Under the pieces are notes generated by a model. The model made no database searches, was not told the DNA's origin, and was given only the letters and a program-made list of their open reading frames with translations. From positions 5,306 through 69,305 of the forward strand of contig JAZUIK010000181.1 of NCBI GenBank assembly GCA_045642205.1: a stretch of 64,000 nucleotides of DNA. The letters run 5' to 3'. Each line of letters starts with the position of its first letter. Positions within the stretch are counted from its first letter, which is position 1. Positions 20,311 to 29,680 of this stretch are shown here, one piece after another. Source of the DNA: Bianqueaceae bacterium. Its GTDB lineage: Bacteria > Bacillota > Clostridia > Lachnospirales > Bianqueaceae. A program made the translations under genes and the position numbers.

Positions 20311-21308
20311 GATTCGTAGAAGCATCAGGAAAGACAAAGGATGAGGCAATCACTAATGCTATCATCGAACTGGGTGTTCCTGAAGAGCAGGTCGACATCG
20401 AAGTGATCAGCGAAGGCAGCAAGGGACTGTTTGGACTGTTTTCTAAAGCAGTCAAGATCCGTGCTACTTTGAAGGAAGATGTAGAAGATGTCGCTCCTAA
20501 CAAAGAAGAAAAGACTGCAAAAAAAGCAGCAGTAACTGCAGAGACCGTTAAGGAAACCAAGGTTGAAGCTGCTGAAAAGGCAGAGGTAAAGGATGAGCCC
20601 CATTCTATCGAGGTAGAGGGACTGACCGTTACCGGAGAAAAGGTTATTATCAACGATACCATCGAACAGAGACTTCGCAAGGCGAATGCTAATAAGAAGA
20701 ATGATGGAGATGGCAATCGTCGTGATCGCCGTAAGAATGACAGACCTTCCCGCTATAATCGTGAGGAATCTGCTGAAAAGGAAGAAGAGATCATTGTTGC
20801 TCCTGTTGTTCATGAGCCTAAGGTCTATGAGATTCCTGAGGATGCAGAGGAAGTGACTGCAAAGACCTGCAGTTTCCTGAAGGATCTGCTTAAGAATATG
20901 GGTATCGAGGCTGAGGTTACCGGAAAATTCTCTGAAGAGGGAATTCTGGAGATCGATATCGCCGGCGAAGGAATGGGACTGATCATCGGTAAGAGAGGCG
21001 CTACACTGGATTCTCTTCAGTATCTGGCTACTCTTGTGATCAATAAGGACCGTAAGGACCATGTACGCATGAAGCTGGATACCGAAGGTTACCGTGCTCG
21101 CCGTCAGGAGACACTGGAAAAGCTGGCCGTCAACATGGCAAAGAAGGCAAAGCGTACCGGTCATCGTGTGGTACTGGAGCCCATGAATCCTTATGAAAGA
21201 CGTATCATCCATGCAACACTGCAGGCTGAGCCCGGTGTAGAGACTCACTCCGATGGAGAAGAGCCCTACCGTAAGGTTATCATCAGCCCCAGAAGAAGAC
21301 GTGGCTGA
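20307..21308 (+). CDS. jag: RNA-binding protein Jag/KhpB (Jag_N, KH, R3H)
   Basis: N-terminal GKTKDEAITNAIIELGV..EVISEGSKGLFG. C-terminal KH/R3H (IIGKRGATLDSLQYL, ERRIIHATLQ). ATGA overlap with yidC. Confidence 0.85.
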   Translation: MRFVEASGKTKDEAITNAIIELGVPEEQVDIEVISEGSKGLFGLFSKAVKIRATLKEDVEDVAPNKEEKTAKKAAVTAETVKETKVEAAEKAEVKDEPHSIEVEGLTVTGEKVIINDTIEQRLRKANANKKNDGDGNRRDRRKNDRPSRYNREESAEKEEEIIVAPVVHEPKVYEIPEDAEEVTAKTCSFLKDLLKNMGIEAEVTGKFSEEGILEIDIAGEGMGLIIGKRGATLDSLQYLATLVINKDRKDHVRMKLDTEGYRARRQETLEKLAVNMAKKAKRTGHRVVLEPMNPYERRIIHATLQAEPGVETHSDGEEPYRKVIISPRRRRG

Positions 21309-21437
21309 TCAATGATCGGACCATAAAACTGATCAACATCTAAAGTGACAGCCGTGCCTGCTGCGTTTCTCAGAAAACGGCGGGCTCGGCTGTTTCTGTA
21401 TTTTGGTTTATCGATTCTTACAAGGAAGGAGGACCTT

Positions 21438-22841
21438 ATGACAGAAACAACGATCTGTGCTCTATCAACACCTGTCGGAACAGGAGGTATTGCTGTTATC
21501 CGTGTATCAGGACCGGAGGCTATTTCGATCGTCAATTCCATTTTTCTGGGAAGATCTTTGTTAAAGGTACCTTCTCATCAGGCTGTCCATGGTTACATTT
21601 TGGATAGGGAAACCGAAGAAAAAATCGATGAAGTTCTGGCTCTTTGTATGAAGGGACCACATACCTTCACCGGAGAAGATACGGTGGAGATCAATTGCCA
21701 CGGTGGTATGTATATCTGCCGTCGTATTCTGGAATCTCTCTTAAGAGCAGGCTGTCACAGTGCCATGCCCGGTGAGTTTTCCAGACGTTCTTTTATGAAC
21801 GGAAAAATGGATCTAAACGAAGCGGAAGCGGTCATGGATATGATCGGAGCCCAGACAGCTTACTCTCTTAGGAGTGCCGTCGGGCAGTTAGGTGGTGCCC
21901 TTTCCAAAAAGATCGATGAGATCCGAAAAACACTGTTGGACCTTCTGGTCATGATGGAGGTCAATATCGATTATCCTGAATATGATGTTCCGGAGATCTC
22001 GGATGAAGAGGTCATGGAAGGGATCGTTCAGGCTAAATCAGAAATCCAGAAACTGCTGGCAAATGCAGACAGCGGAAAACTTCTTAGAAGCGGAATCGCT
22101 GCCACTTTGATCGGCAGCCCTAACGTGGGAAAAAGCAGTCTCTTGAACCTTCTATTGGGAGAACAGCGTGCCATTGTCACCGAAATTCCCGGAACCACGA
22201 GAGACGTATTGGAAGAACAATTGGATCTGGATGGTATATTGATCCGATTGATCGACACGGCAGGAATCCGTAAAACGGAGGACACCGTAGAAAAGATCGG
22301 TGTTTCCAGGAGTATGGATTCTCTGGAAAAGAGCGATCTGGTCCTCTGGGTGCTGGATGGCAGCCGGAAGATCGAAGATGAAGATAGAGAACTATGGGAA
22401 AAGATAGGAGATAAACCCTATCTGATCCTTGTCAATAAAGCAGACCTTCTGGGAGATCTTTCTGAAAAGGAAGAATCTTACAGAAAGAATATCCTTTCCT
22501 CTTTGCCAAAGTGCAGCGAGGAGGATAAAAAGAGGATCCTGTTCCTTTCTGCAAAAGAGCAGACAGGAAAAAAGGAATTATCCGAAAAGATCAAGGAAAT
22601 GTTCTTCTCCGGAGATGTGCTGGATGAAGGAAAGCCTCTGGTAACTAATACCAGACAGAAGGAAGCTCTGATGAGAGCAGAAGAAGCACTTCTTAGAGCG
22701 GAAGCTGCTTACGGACTTCCCCAGGATCTTTTGTCCATCGATATCCGACAGGCTTTTGAGGATCTGGGAGATGTAAATGGAAGCACCAGTTCGGATGAGA
22801 TCGTAACTGAGATATTCAGTCGATTTTGTCTCGGGAAATAG
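21438..22841 (+). CDS. mnmE: tRNA modification GTPase MnmE
   Basis: TICALSTPVGTGGIAVIRVSG, G1 motif GSPNVGKSSLLN, and C-terminal FCLGK. ATG 21438 follows AAGGAGG. The track start at 21345 is an upstream extension. Confidence 0.95.
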   Translation: MTETTICALSTPVGTGGIAVIRVSGPEAISIVNSIFLGRSLLKVPSHQAVHGYILDRETEEKIDEVLALCMKGPHTFTGEDTVEINCHGGMYICRRILESLLRAGCHSAMPGEFSRRSFMNGKMDLNEAEAVMDMIGAQTAYSLRSAVGQLGGALSKKIDEIRKTLLDLLVMMEVNIDYPEYDVPEISDEEVMEGIVQAKSEIQKLLANADSGKLLRSGIAATLIGSPNVGKSSLLNLLLGEQRAIVTEIPGTTRDVLEEQLDLDGILIRLIDTAGIRKTEDTVEKIGVSRSMDSLEKSDLVLWVLDGSRKIEDEDRELWEKIGDKPYLILVNKADLLGDLSEKEESYRKNILSSLPKCSEEDKKRILFLSAKEQTGKKELSEKIKEMFFSGDVLDEGKPLVTNTRQKEALMRAEEALLRAEAAYGLPQDLLSIDIRQAFEDLGDVNGSTSSDEIVTEIFSRFCLGK

Positions 22842-22842
22842 A

Positions 22843-22965
22843 CCAGGAAGCGGAGCTTCCTGGGACGTTTCAGGCATAGCCTGAAACTATGCATTAGGAA
22901 AGAGAAAACAAGAAAAAGCGGAGCTTCCTGGGACGTTTCGAGCAAAGCTCGAAACTATGCATTAG
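22843..22965 (+). repeat. two tandem copies (68-nt period) of a 49-nt hairpin-containing unit ending in TATGCATTAG
   Basis: Unit 1 is 22849-22897 and unit 2 is 22917-22965. Hairpins are GTTTCAGGC-ATA-GCCTGAAAC and GTTTCGAGC-AAA-GCTCGAAAC. Copy 1 has an extra hairpin CCAGGAAGC-GGA-GCTTCCTGG at 22843-22863. Confidence 0.6.
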
Positions 22966-23011
22966 TTTTAATAATAGTTAACATATGTTAAGTATAGAAA
23001 GGGGGACCATC

Positions 23012-24889
23012 ATGTATTTGGAACAGGCTGTGGATGTGGCAGTTATCGGCGGCGGACATGCGGGCTGTGAAGCAGCGCTTGCTTCGGCCAGACTGGGAAT
23101 GAAAACGATCCTTTTTGCCATTTCTCTGGATTCCATTGCCATGATGCCCTGCAACCCCAGTATCGGGGGAACTTCAAAGGGACATCTGGTTCGAGAGATC
23201 GATGCACTTGGCGGTGAGATGGGAAAGAATATCGACAAGACCTATCTGCAGATCAAGATGCTGAATACCTCAAAGGGACCGGCTGTTTACTCTCTTCGTG
23301 CACAGGCGGATAAATTCAGATATAAGGAAGAGATGAAGCATACCCTGGAAAATCAGGAGAATCTACTGATCCGCCAAAATGAAGTTGTGCGGATCGATGT
23401 GAAGGATGGAGCGGTAGCCGGTGTGGAGACCGCCACCGGAGCTTACTATCCCTGCCGTGCAGCCATTATCTGTACCGGTACATATCTGAATGCCCGCTGT
23501 ATCCACGGAGAATATGAGGCATTGACAGGACCTAACGGACTGCAGGCTGCCAGACGAGGTCTGACGGAGAATATAGCGTCTTATGGTATTTCGTTAAGAC
23601 GATTCAAGACCGGAACACCTGCCAGAGTCGATGGAAAGACCATTGATTTCAGTAAGATGGAGATCCAGCTGGGTGATGAAAAGATCGAACCTTTCTCCTT
23701 TGAAGATGAAGCAGAAGGAATCTACAGAGAGCAGCTTCCCTGCTATCTGACATATACCAATGAAAAGACTCATGAGATCATTCGTGCCAACTTGCATCGC
23801 TCTCCTTTATATGGCGGTGTGATCAAGGGTGTTGGTCCCAGATATTGTCCTTCCATCGAAGACAAGGTGGTACGTTTTGCTGATAAGGAACGTCATCAGC
23901 TGTTTTTGGAGCCGGAGGGTGAGAATACCGGAGAATACTATGTTCAGGGCATGTCCTCTTCTCTTCCTGAAGATGTGCAGAGAGATATGCTTCGTTCGAT
24001 TGCCGGAATGGAACATGTGGAAGTGATGCGAACCGGCTATGCGATCGAATATGATTGTATCGATCCCTTGGAATTAAAGAGTTCTCTGGAGATCAAGAAG
24101 ATCAGCGGACTCTTCAGTGCAGGTCAGTTCAACGGCAGTTCCGGATACGAAGAGGCTGCCGCACAGGGAATCGTTGCCGGTATCAATGCCGTGATGAAAC
24201 TGAAGGGGATGGAACCCTTGAAGGTCGATCGTACCAACAGTTATGTGGGTGTATTGATCGATGATCTGGTTACAAAAGGTACGAATGAACCTTACCGAAT
24301 GATGACTTCCAGGTCCGAGTATCGTCTGCTCCTTCGTCAGGATAATGCCGATCTTAGACTAACGGAAGAAGGACATCGTGTGGGATTGATCTCCGATGAG
24401 AGATATGAGAGATTCCTTCAGAAAAAGGCAGCGATCGAGAAGGAGATCGAGCGACTGAAGACAACCAAATCTCTGGGAGGAAGAGGTCTTCTGGGTGAAC
24501 TGTTAAAACATCCGGAGGAGACTTATGAAACCCTGGCGCCTTTTGATCCTGATCGTCCTTCTCTACCGGAAGCCGTCAGCAAGCAGGCAGAGATCCAGAT
24601 CAAGTATGCCGGTTATATCGGTGCGCAGATGAAGCAGGTGGAAAAATCCAGAAAACTGGAACGTCGCCGTATCGATGAGGATATCGATTATCAGGATATC
24701 AAGGGATTGCGTATCGAAGCGATCCAGAAACTGTCTTCGATCCGTCCGGAAACGGTGGGTCAGGCTGAAAGGATCTCCGGTGTTTCTCCGGCAGATATCG
24801 GCGTACTGCTGGTATATCTGGAGCAGAAACACAGAAGAGAATCATTGAAAAACAAACAGGATCAGCAGGAAAAGGAGGAAAAGGAATGA
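23012..24889 (+). CDS. mnmG: tRNA uridine 5-carboxymethylaminomethyl modification enzyme MnmG
   Basis: FAD motif [14 protein letters not shown] and a full-length GidA pattern. ATG 23012 follows an AAAGGGGGA RBS. Confidence 0.95.
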   Translation: MYLEQAVDVAVIGGGHAGCEAALASARLGMKTILFAISLDSIAMMPCNPSIGGTSKGHLVREIDALGGEMGKNIDKTYLQIKMLNTSKGPAVYSLRAQADKFRYKEEMKHTLENQENLLIRQNEVVRIDVKDGAVAGVETATGAYYPCRAAIICTGTYLNARCIHGEYEALTGPNGLQAARRGLTENIASYGISLRRFKTGTPARVDGKTIDFSKMEIQLGDEKIEPFSFEDEAEGIYREQLPCYLTYTNEKTHEIIRANLHRSPLYGGVIKGVGPRYCPSIEDKVVRFADKERHQLFLEPEGENTGEYYVQGMSSSLPEDVQRDMLRSIAGMEHVEVMRTGYAIEYDCIDPLELKSSLEIKKISGLFSAGQFNGSSGYEEAAAQGIVAGINAVMKLKGMEPLKVDRTNSYVGVLIDDLVTKGTNEPYRMMTSRSEYRLLLRQDNADLRLTEEGHRVGLISDERYERFLQKKAAIEKEIERLKTTKSLGGRGLLGELLKHPEETYETLAPFDPDRPSLPEAVSKQAEIQIKYAGYIGAQMKQVEKSRKLERRRIDEDIDYQDIKGLRIEAIQKLSSIRPETVGQAERISGVSPADIGVLLVYLEQKHRRESLKNKQDQQEKEEKE

Positions 24890-25626
24890 GAGAAACATTG
24901 ATCAGTCTATCTGAAGCAATGGGGTTATCTTTGAGTGAGAAACAGTTATCTCAGTTCGAAACCTATGCAAAACTGCTGGTAGAGTGGAATGAAAAAATGA
25001 ATCTGACCGGTATTACAGAACCGGTGGAGATTGCAAGAATGCATTTCATCGATTCCCTGACCGGATACGAAGTGATCCAGAAGGAGATCGAAAAAGCAAA
25101 GTCAAAGGGAACGGGACCGATCCGACTGATCGATGTGGGAACCGGTGCCGGTTTTCCCGGAATTCCATTAAAGATCTTGTTTCCGGAGATCCATCTGACG
25201 CTGCTGGATTCTTTACAGAAGCGTATCGGATTTTTGAAAGCAGTGGGAGAAGCGATCGATCTTAAAGATACCGAATATGTGCATGGAAGAGCAGAGGACA
25301 CTGCCCAGGATAAGGCATATCGTGAGACCTACGATTTTGCAGTTGCCAGAGCGGTAGCATCTTTACCTGTGCTGATGGAATATTGCGGTGGTTATGTGAA
25401 AAAGGGTGGATACTTTATGGCATATAAAGGACCTACTTTAACAGAGGAACTGACCCAAAGTACGAAGGCTATGAAAGTCCTGAAAATGGAGAAGAAATCG
25501 GTCCTTCGCGCCGAGGTTCTGGGAGAGGACTATCAGCATTTTGTAGCAATCTTTTTAAAGACTGCCCCCCTCGGCTTGCAATATCCGAGAAAACAAAGTA
25601 AAATCAAGGCTGCGCCTTTGATCTGA
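24886..25626 (+). CDS. rsmG: 16S rRNA (guanine527-N7)-methyltransferase RsmG
   Basis: SAM motif [24 protein letters not shown], and an ATGA overlap with mnmG. Confidence 0.9.
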   Translation: MRETLISLSEAMGLSLSEKQLSQFETYAKLLVEWNEKMNLTGITEPVEIARMHFIDSLTGYEVIQKEIEKAKSKGTGPIRLIDVGTGAGFPGIPLKILFPEIHLTLLDSLQKRIGFLKAVGEAIDLKDTEYVHGRAEDTAQDKAYRETYDFAVARAVASLPVLMEYCGGYVKKGGYFMAYKGPTLTEELTQSTKAMKVLKMEKKSVLRAEVLGEDYQHFVAIFLKTAPLGLQYPRKQSKIKAAPLI

Positions 25627-25723
25627 GGCGTTCCAACATATATCAATATAAACATACTTGGATGTCTGTCCACGATAGAATAGTCCGTCGATGGATGGAA
25701 ATTCATCAAAGGTTGGGAGAATT

Positions 25724-27436
25724 ATGAATAGCAAAGAGTATACTGTAGAATTACTGGATCAACTTTGGCCGGAGATCGATCGTGAGATCATCGAGCAGAG
25801 CATTGAAATACCGAAAGATAAGAAGATGGGAGATCTAGCATTCCCCTGCTTCCGTCTGGCTAAGACCCTGCGTAAGGCACCCCCGATGATTGCAGCAGAA
25901 TTAAAGGAAAAACTGGGGGATCAGCCTGTCTTTGAGAAGGTCGAGGTCGTTGGTCCCTATCTGAACATGACCATCAACAAGGCTTGGATGGCAGAATTCG
26001 TTCTGGGCGAAGTCGATAAGGCAAAAGCAGAAGGAAAGGTCTATGGATCCTCTACCGAAGGAAACGGAAAGACCATCGTTATGGACTACTCTTCCATCAA
26101 TGTAGCGAAACCTTTCCACATTGGCCATCTGCGTACGACGGTTATCGGTAATGCCCTGAAGCGTATCCATCAGTTCATGGGATATGATACCTTCAGCATC
26201 AACTATCTTGGAGACTGGGGAACCCAGTTCGGTAAGATGCTGGTTGCTTATCGTAAGTGGGGTGACCCGGAGCAGGTCGAGAAGGATGGTATCCGCTATC
26301 TGGTTTCTCTTTATGTTCGTTTCCACTCTGAGGCAGAGAAGGACGATACGCTGAATGATGAGGCAAGAGCTGCTTTCACTTCCATGGAGCGTGGAGATGA
26401 AGAGGCACTGAAACTGTGGCAGTATTTTGTTGATGTTTCTCTGAAGAGTGTAAAGAAGGTCTATGAGCTGCTGGATGTTGAATTCGATTCCTATCAGGGA
26501 GAGAGCTACTTCTGGGATAAGACCGATGAACTCATCAAAATGCTGGAGGAAAAGAATCTGCTGACGGACAGCGAAGGTGCGAAGATCGTTGATCTGTCAG
26601 AGGATAATATGCCTCCCTGCCTGATACTGAAGAAGGATGGAAGTACTCTGTACGCGACTCGTGACATTGCTTCTGCAATGTATCGTAAGAGAACTTTCGA
26701 TTTCTATAAGAATCTGTATATTACCGGTCTGGAACAGAATCTGCATTTTGACCAGTGGTTTAAGGTCTGCGATAAAATGGGCTTTGACTGGGCAAAGGAT
26801 CTGGTTCACATCCCCTACGGTCTGATCTCTCTGGAAGAGGGTAAGCTGTCCACCAGAAGCGGTAATGTTATCTGGTTGGAGGATCTTCTGAAGGAGGCAA
26901 CGGCTAAGACCAGACAGATCATGGAGGAAAAGAATCCTGATCTGGAGAACATGGATGAAGTCGCTGAGCAGGTCGGTGTCGGAGCGGTAGTATTCCATGA
27001 TCTGTTTAATTCCCGTATCAAGGAAGTTACTTTCAGTTGGAATAACGTTCTGAACTTTGATGGAGAGACCGGTCCTTACGTACAGTACACCTATGCCCGT
27101 GCTTCCAACGTTCTGCGTAAAGCAGGATGGGAAAGAGGTACAGCTAAGGAAATTGACTTCTCCTGTCTGACCGACGAGTATTCTCAGGAAATCCTGAAGC
27201 AGATCGAAGCATTCCCCGCTAAGGTCAAGGAAGCTCAGGAAAAGTATGAGCCCTATATCGTCACCCGCTATGTTGTCGCTCTGGCCGGTGCTTACAATCG
27301 TTTCTATCACGAAAATGCGATCCTTTCCGCTGGTGATAAGGAGCGTGAAGCAAGACTGAAGCTGACGGATGTAACGACGCAGATCCTGAAACAGGGCTTG
27401 TATCTGATCGGCGTGAAAGCACCCGAGAAGATGTAA
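25724..27436 (+). CDS. argS: arginine--tRNA ligase
   Basis: Class I HIGH variant (PFHIGHLR) and an anticodon-binding C-terminus ending in KM. ATG 25724 has a GGGAGA RBS. Confidence 0.95.
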   Translation: MNSKEYTVELLDQLWPEIDREIIEQSIEIPKDKKMGDLAFPCFRLAKTLRKAPPMIAAELKEKLGDQPVFEKVEVVGPYLNMTINKAWMAEFVLGEVDKAKAEGKVYGSSTEGNGKTIVMDYSSINVAKPFHIGHLRTTVIGNALKRIHQFMGYDTFSINYLGDWGTQFGKMLVAYRKWGDPEQVEKDGIRYLVSLYVRFHSEAEKDDTLNDEARAAFTSMERGDEEALKLWQYFVDVSLKSVKKVYELLDVEFDSYQGESYFWDKTDELIKMLEEKNLLTDSEGAKIVDLSEDNMPPCLILKKDGSTLYATRDIASAMYRKRTFDFYKNLYITGLEQNLHFDQWFKVCDKMGFDWAKDLVHIPYGLISLEEGKLSTRSGNVIWLEDLLKEATAKTRQIMEEKNPDLENMDEVAEQVGVGAVVFHDLFNSRIKEVTFSWNNVLNFDGETGPYVQYTYARASNVLRKAGWERGTAKEIDFSCLTDEYSQEILKQIEAFPAKVKEAQEKYEPYIVTRYVVALAGAYNRFYHENAILSAGDKEREARLKLTDVTTQILKQGLYLIGVKAPEKM

Positions 27437-27494
27437 ACAATCTTGAGATGTAAAAAAATTCGCAAAAGAATTACGCCATTATGGCGATCTTAAG

Positions 27495-27535
27495 AAAAGA
27501 GCTGTGAAACATGCAAAGTTTCACAGCTCTTTTTT
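27495..27535. terminator. bidirectional intrinsic terminator (argS / convergent gene)
   Basis: 13-bp stem AGAGCTGTGAAAC / GTTTCACAGCTCT flanked by an A-run and a T-run. Confidence 0.7.
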
Positions 27536-27549
27536 GACAGATACCAAAA

Positions 27550-27565
27550 TGTTCCACGTGGAACA
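27550..27565. promoter_or_regulatory. parS site 1
   Basis: TGTTCCACGTGGAACA, a perfect 16-bp palindrome (18 bp with the flanking A/T). One position differs from the B. subtilis parS TGTTCCACGTGAAACA. Confidence 0.85.
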
Positions 27566-27599
27566 TTTTTCTGTGTAGAACATTAAGTTATAGGGGCAG

Positions 27600-27615
27600 T
27601 GTTCCACGTGGAACA
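27600..27615. promoter_or_regulatory. parS site 2
   Basis: TGTTCCACGTGGAACA, 50 bp from site 1. Confidence 0.85.
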
Positions 27616-27626
27616 TTTGTGGTGGA

Positions 27627-28610
27627 TTAATGAGAAGCGTTGGCGGCAGCAACGCAAGCAGAAGTACAGGCAGCCATACTAACCTCTGTTGCAATGGTAA
27701 CAGCCAGAGCATTGCTAAGCAGGGAATCTCCGGCGATGGGAGTTGCCTGGTGATATTGGCTTAGAACCAGCTGAGCAGCAAACATACGTCTTTCTGTGGC
27801 ACCGAGAACAAAATTTCCCAGTCCGCGATGATCTTTCAAATACTCATCTACTTCGATTATGTTTTCTACAATGATCCGAGGATCTGCATCTGTCAGCGCC
27901 AGAACGCCCAGAGAGACCAGTTTGATATCACTGCTGAAACGGTGCTTCTGTTCCTTCAACAAGTTATAGATCGTTGCGACTTTCTGGCAGATATCTTCCA
28001 TAGATCCCTGGTATAAGGAAAGTACATGACTAAGGGACTGAAGAGCATTTCTGTCAGAGAAACTCTTCTTGAGGATCGCGTAGGCAGATTCCATCTTTTC
28101 AGTAAGAACTGTAGGATCGATTCCGGAGATAGCAAGCATGGCAGCAAAGGTAACATCCTCATCAGAGGTAAGGAAAGGATGATTTTCCTTCATGGAAGCA
28201 TAGATGGTATTGGTCTTTTCGATGATAGACTCATATTCATCCGGGGACACATGATCACAGATGGAAATGGCAGCCAGAATACGATATTCACTACCAAATA
28301 CCTTCTTTTTGTTTAAGATTCGATATACATGGTCGACCTGAGCGAAATACTCTTCGGGATCGGAAGAAAGAGCCATTTTGCAGATCATGGGAACTTTGAC
28401 GTTGCTGCGATAGTCAGAGAAAATAGAAGTCTTGGATTTCAGCAGGTCTCTGGATCGAGATAAAGACTCGTCGGTAACACGTACGTTGTTTTCGGTGAAT
28501 ACGGAAGCAGCAGCCAGAGCCATCATGTTACCTTCCCATGCAAATGCATGGTCGATGGCTTTGTAGTTGTCGAGAAAAAGATCACACTGGTTGATGAGAT
28601 TGCTGTTCAT
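27627..28610 (-). CDS. hypothetical all-alpha protein, possibly DUF4003 family
   Basis: 327-aa ORF with a GGAG RBS (revcomp of 28616-28623) and no antisense competitor. The N-terminal pattern resembles what I recall of DUF4003 proteins; this is unverified. Confidence 0.7.
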   Translation of the reverse strand: MNSNLINQCDLFLDNYKAIDHAFAWEGNMMALAAASVFTENNVRVTDESLSRSRDLLKSKTSIFSDYRSNVKVPMICKMALSSDPEEYFAQVDHVYRILNKKKVFGSEYRILAAISICDHVSPDEYESIIEKTNTIYASMKENHPFLTSDEDVTFAAMLAISGIDPTVLTEKMESAYAILKKSFSDRNALQSLSHVLSLYQGSMEDICQKVATIYNLLKEQKHRFSSDIKLVSLGVLALTDADPRIIVENIIEVDEYLKDHRGLGNFVLGATERRMFAAQLVLSQYHQATPIAGDSLLSNALAVTIATEVSMAACTSACVAAANASH

Positions 28611-28791
28611 GGTAGGACTCCTTGAATTAATGTTGAATTCATTATAAAACAGTTTCTATCAGTTATACAGGTGATTGAAAGCAAAATATGTTCCTTTTTT
28701 ACGAGTATATTCGAAAATTATGAGTGAATGAGGAATTCTATCTTTCGTATAGAAGAAAAAGGGATTGTGCGGTATAATGTTTAACAGAAAA

Positions 28792-28807
28792 TGTTCCACG
28801 TGGAACA
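28792..28807. promoter_or_regulatory. parS site 3
   Basis: TGTTCCACGTGGAACA. Confidence 0.85.
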
Positions 28808-28834
28808 TATAGATAAATTATAAGAGGGTGGGAA

Positions 28835-28850
28835 TGTTCCACGTGGAACA
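28835..28850. promoter_or_regulatory. parS site 4 (core of a 24-bp perfect palindrome at 28831-28854)
   Basis: GGAATGTTCCACGTGGAACATTCC, 34 nt upstream of the soj start. Confidence 0.85.
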
Positions 28851-28883
28851 TTCCTTTGAAATATATTTTGAGGGTAGACATTA

Positions 28884-29648
28884 ATGGGTAAAGTTATTGC
28901 AGTCGCCAATCAGAAAGGTGGCGTTGGAAAGACCACGACGACGGTCAATCTGGGAGCATGTCTGGCGGAAGCCGGGAAAAAGGTGTTGATCATAGATCTG
29001 GATCCCCAGGGTAATACCACCAGTGGTTTTGGCATTGAGAAGGAAAAACTATTCAACACCAGCTATGAGATGCTTCTTCAGGATTGCAAGATCTCGGAAG
29101 CGATACAGGCAATGCCGGATTTTCAGTTAGACCTGATCCCTTCCAGCGTGGATCTTGCCGGAGCAGAGGTGGAACTGATCGGTGTGGACGATCGAGAATC
29201 TATGTTAGACAAGGAACTGAGATCCACAAAGAAAAAGTACGATTTTATTTTGATCGACTGCCCTCCTTCATTAAATATCCTGACGATCAATGCGTTCAAA
29301 GCAGCGGATTCTATTCTGGTACCGATCCAGTGTGAGTTTTACGCCATGGAAGGATTGACACAGCTGATCAATACCATCAATCTGGTAAAACAGCGCCTGA
29401 ATCCAAAGATCGAGATCGAGGGAATCGTCTTCACGATGTTTGACAGTCGAACTAATCTGTGTCAGCAGGTTGTTGATGAGATTACGGCTTTTCTACCTAA
29501 AAAGGTATACGAAACAAAGATTCCCCGTAATGTGCGTCTGGCAGAAGCTCCCAGCTTTGGACTTCCCATTATCTATTATGATGGAAGTTCCAAAGGAGCA
29601 GAAAGTTATCGGGATCTGGCACAAGAGTTTGTAAAAAGAGTGAAGTGA
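28884..29648 (+). CDS. soj: chromosome partitioning ATPase ParA/Soj
   Basis: Deviant Walker A KGGVGKTTT and a full ParA pattern. Confidence 0.95.
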   Translation: MGKVIAVANQKGGVGKTTTTVNLGACLAEAGKKVLIIDLDPQGNTTSGFGIEKEKLFNTSYEMLLQDCKISEAIQAMPDFQLDLIPSSVDLAGAEVELIGVDDRESMLDKELRSTKKKYDFILIDCPPSLNILTINAFKAADSILVPIQCEFYAMEGLTQLINTINLVKQRLNPKIEIEGIVFTMFDSRTNLCQQVVDEITAFLPKKVYETKIPRNVRLAEAPSFGLPIIYYDGSSKGAESYRDLAQEFVKRVK

Positions 29649-29680
29649 TCATCTGATAGACAGGAATTGGAGAAATAGTT

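Noticed and set aside
22843-22965. Possible CRISPR array or terminator pair in the mnmE-mnmG spacer.
   Set aside because: There are only two units with 19 nt between them, no cas genes, and hairpins that lack U-runs. It is kept as a structured repeat finding instead.
25627-25723. T-box leader upstream of argS.
   Set aside because: The spacer is only 97 nt and has no T-box sequence (no GGTGGTACCGCG-like element) or specifier-loop architecture.
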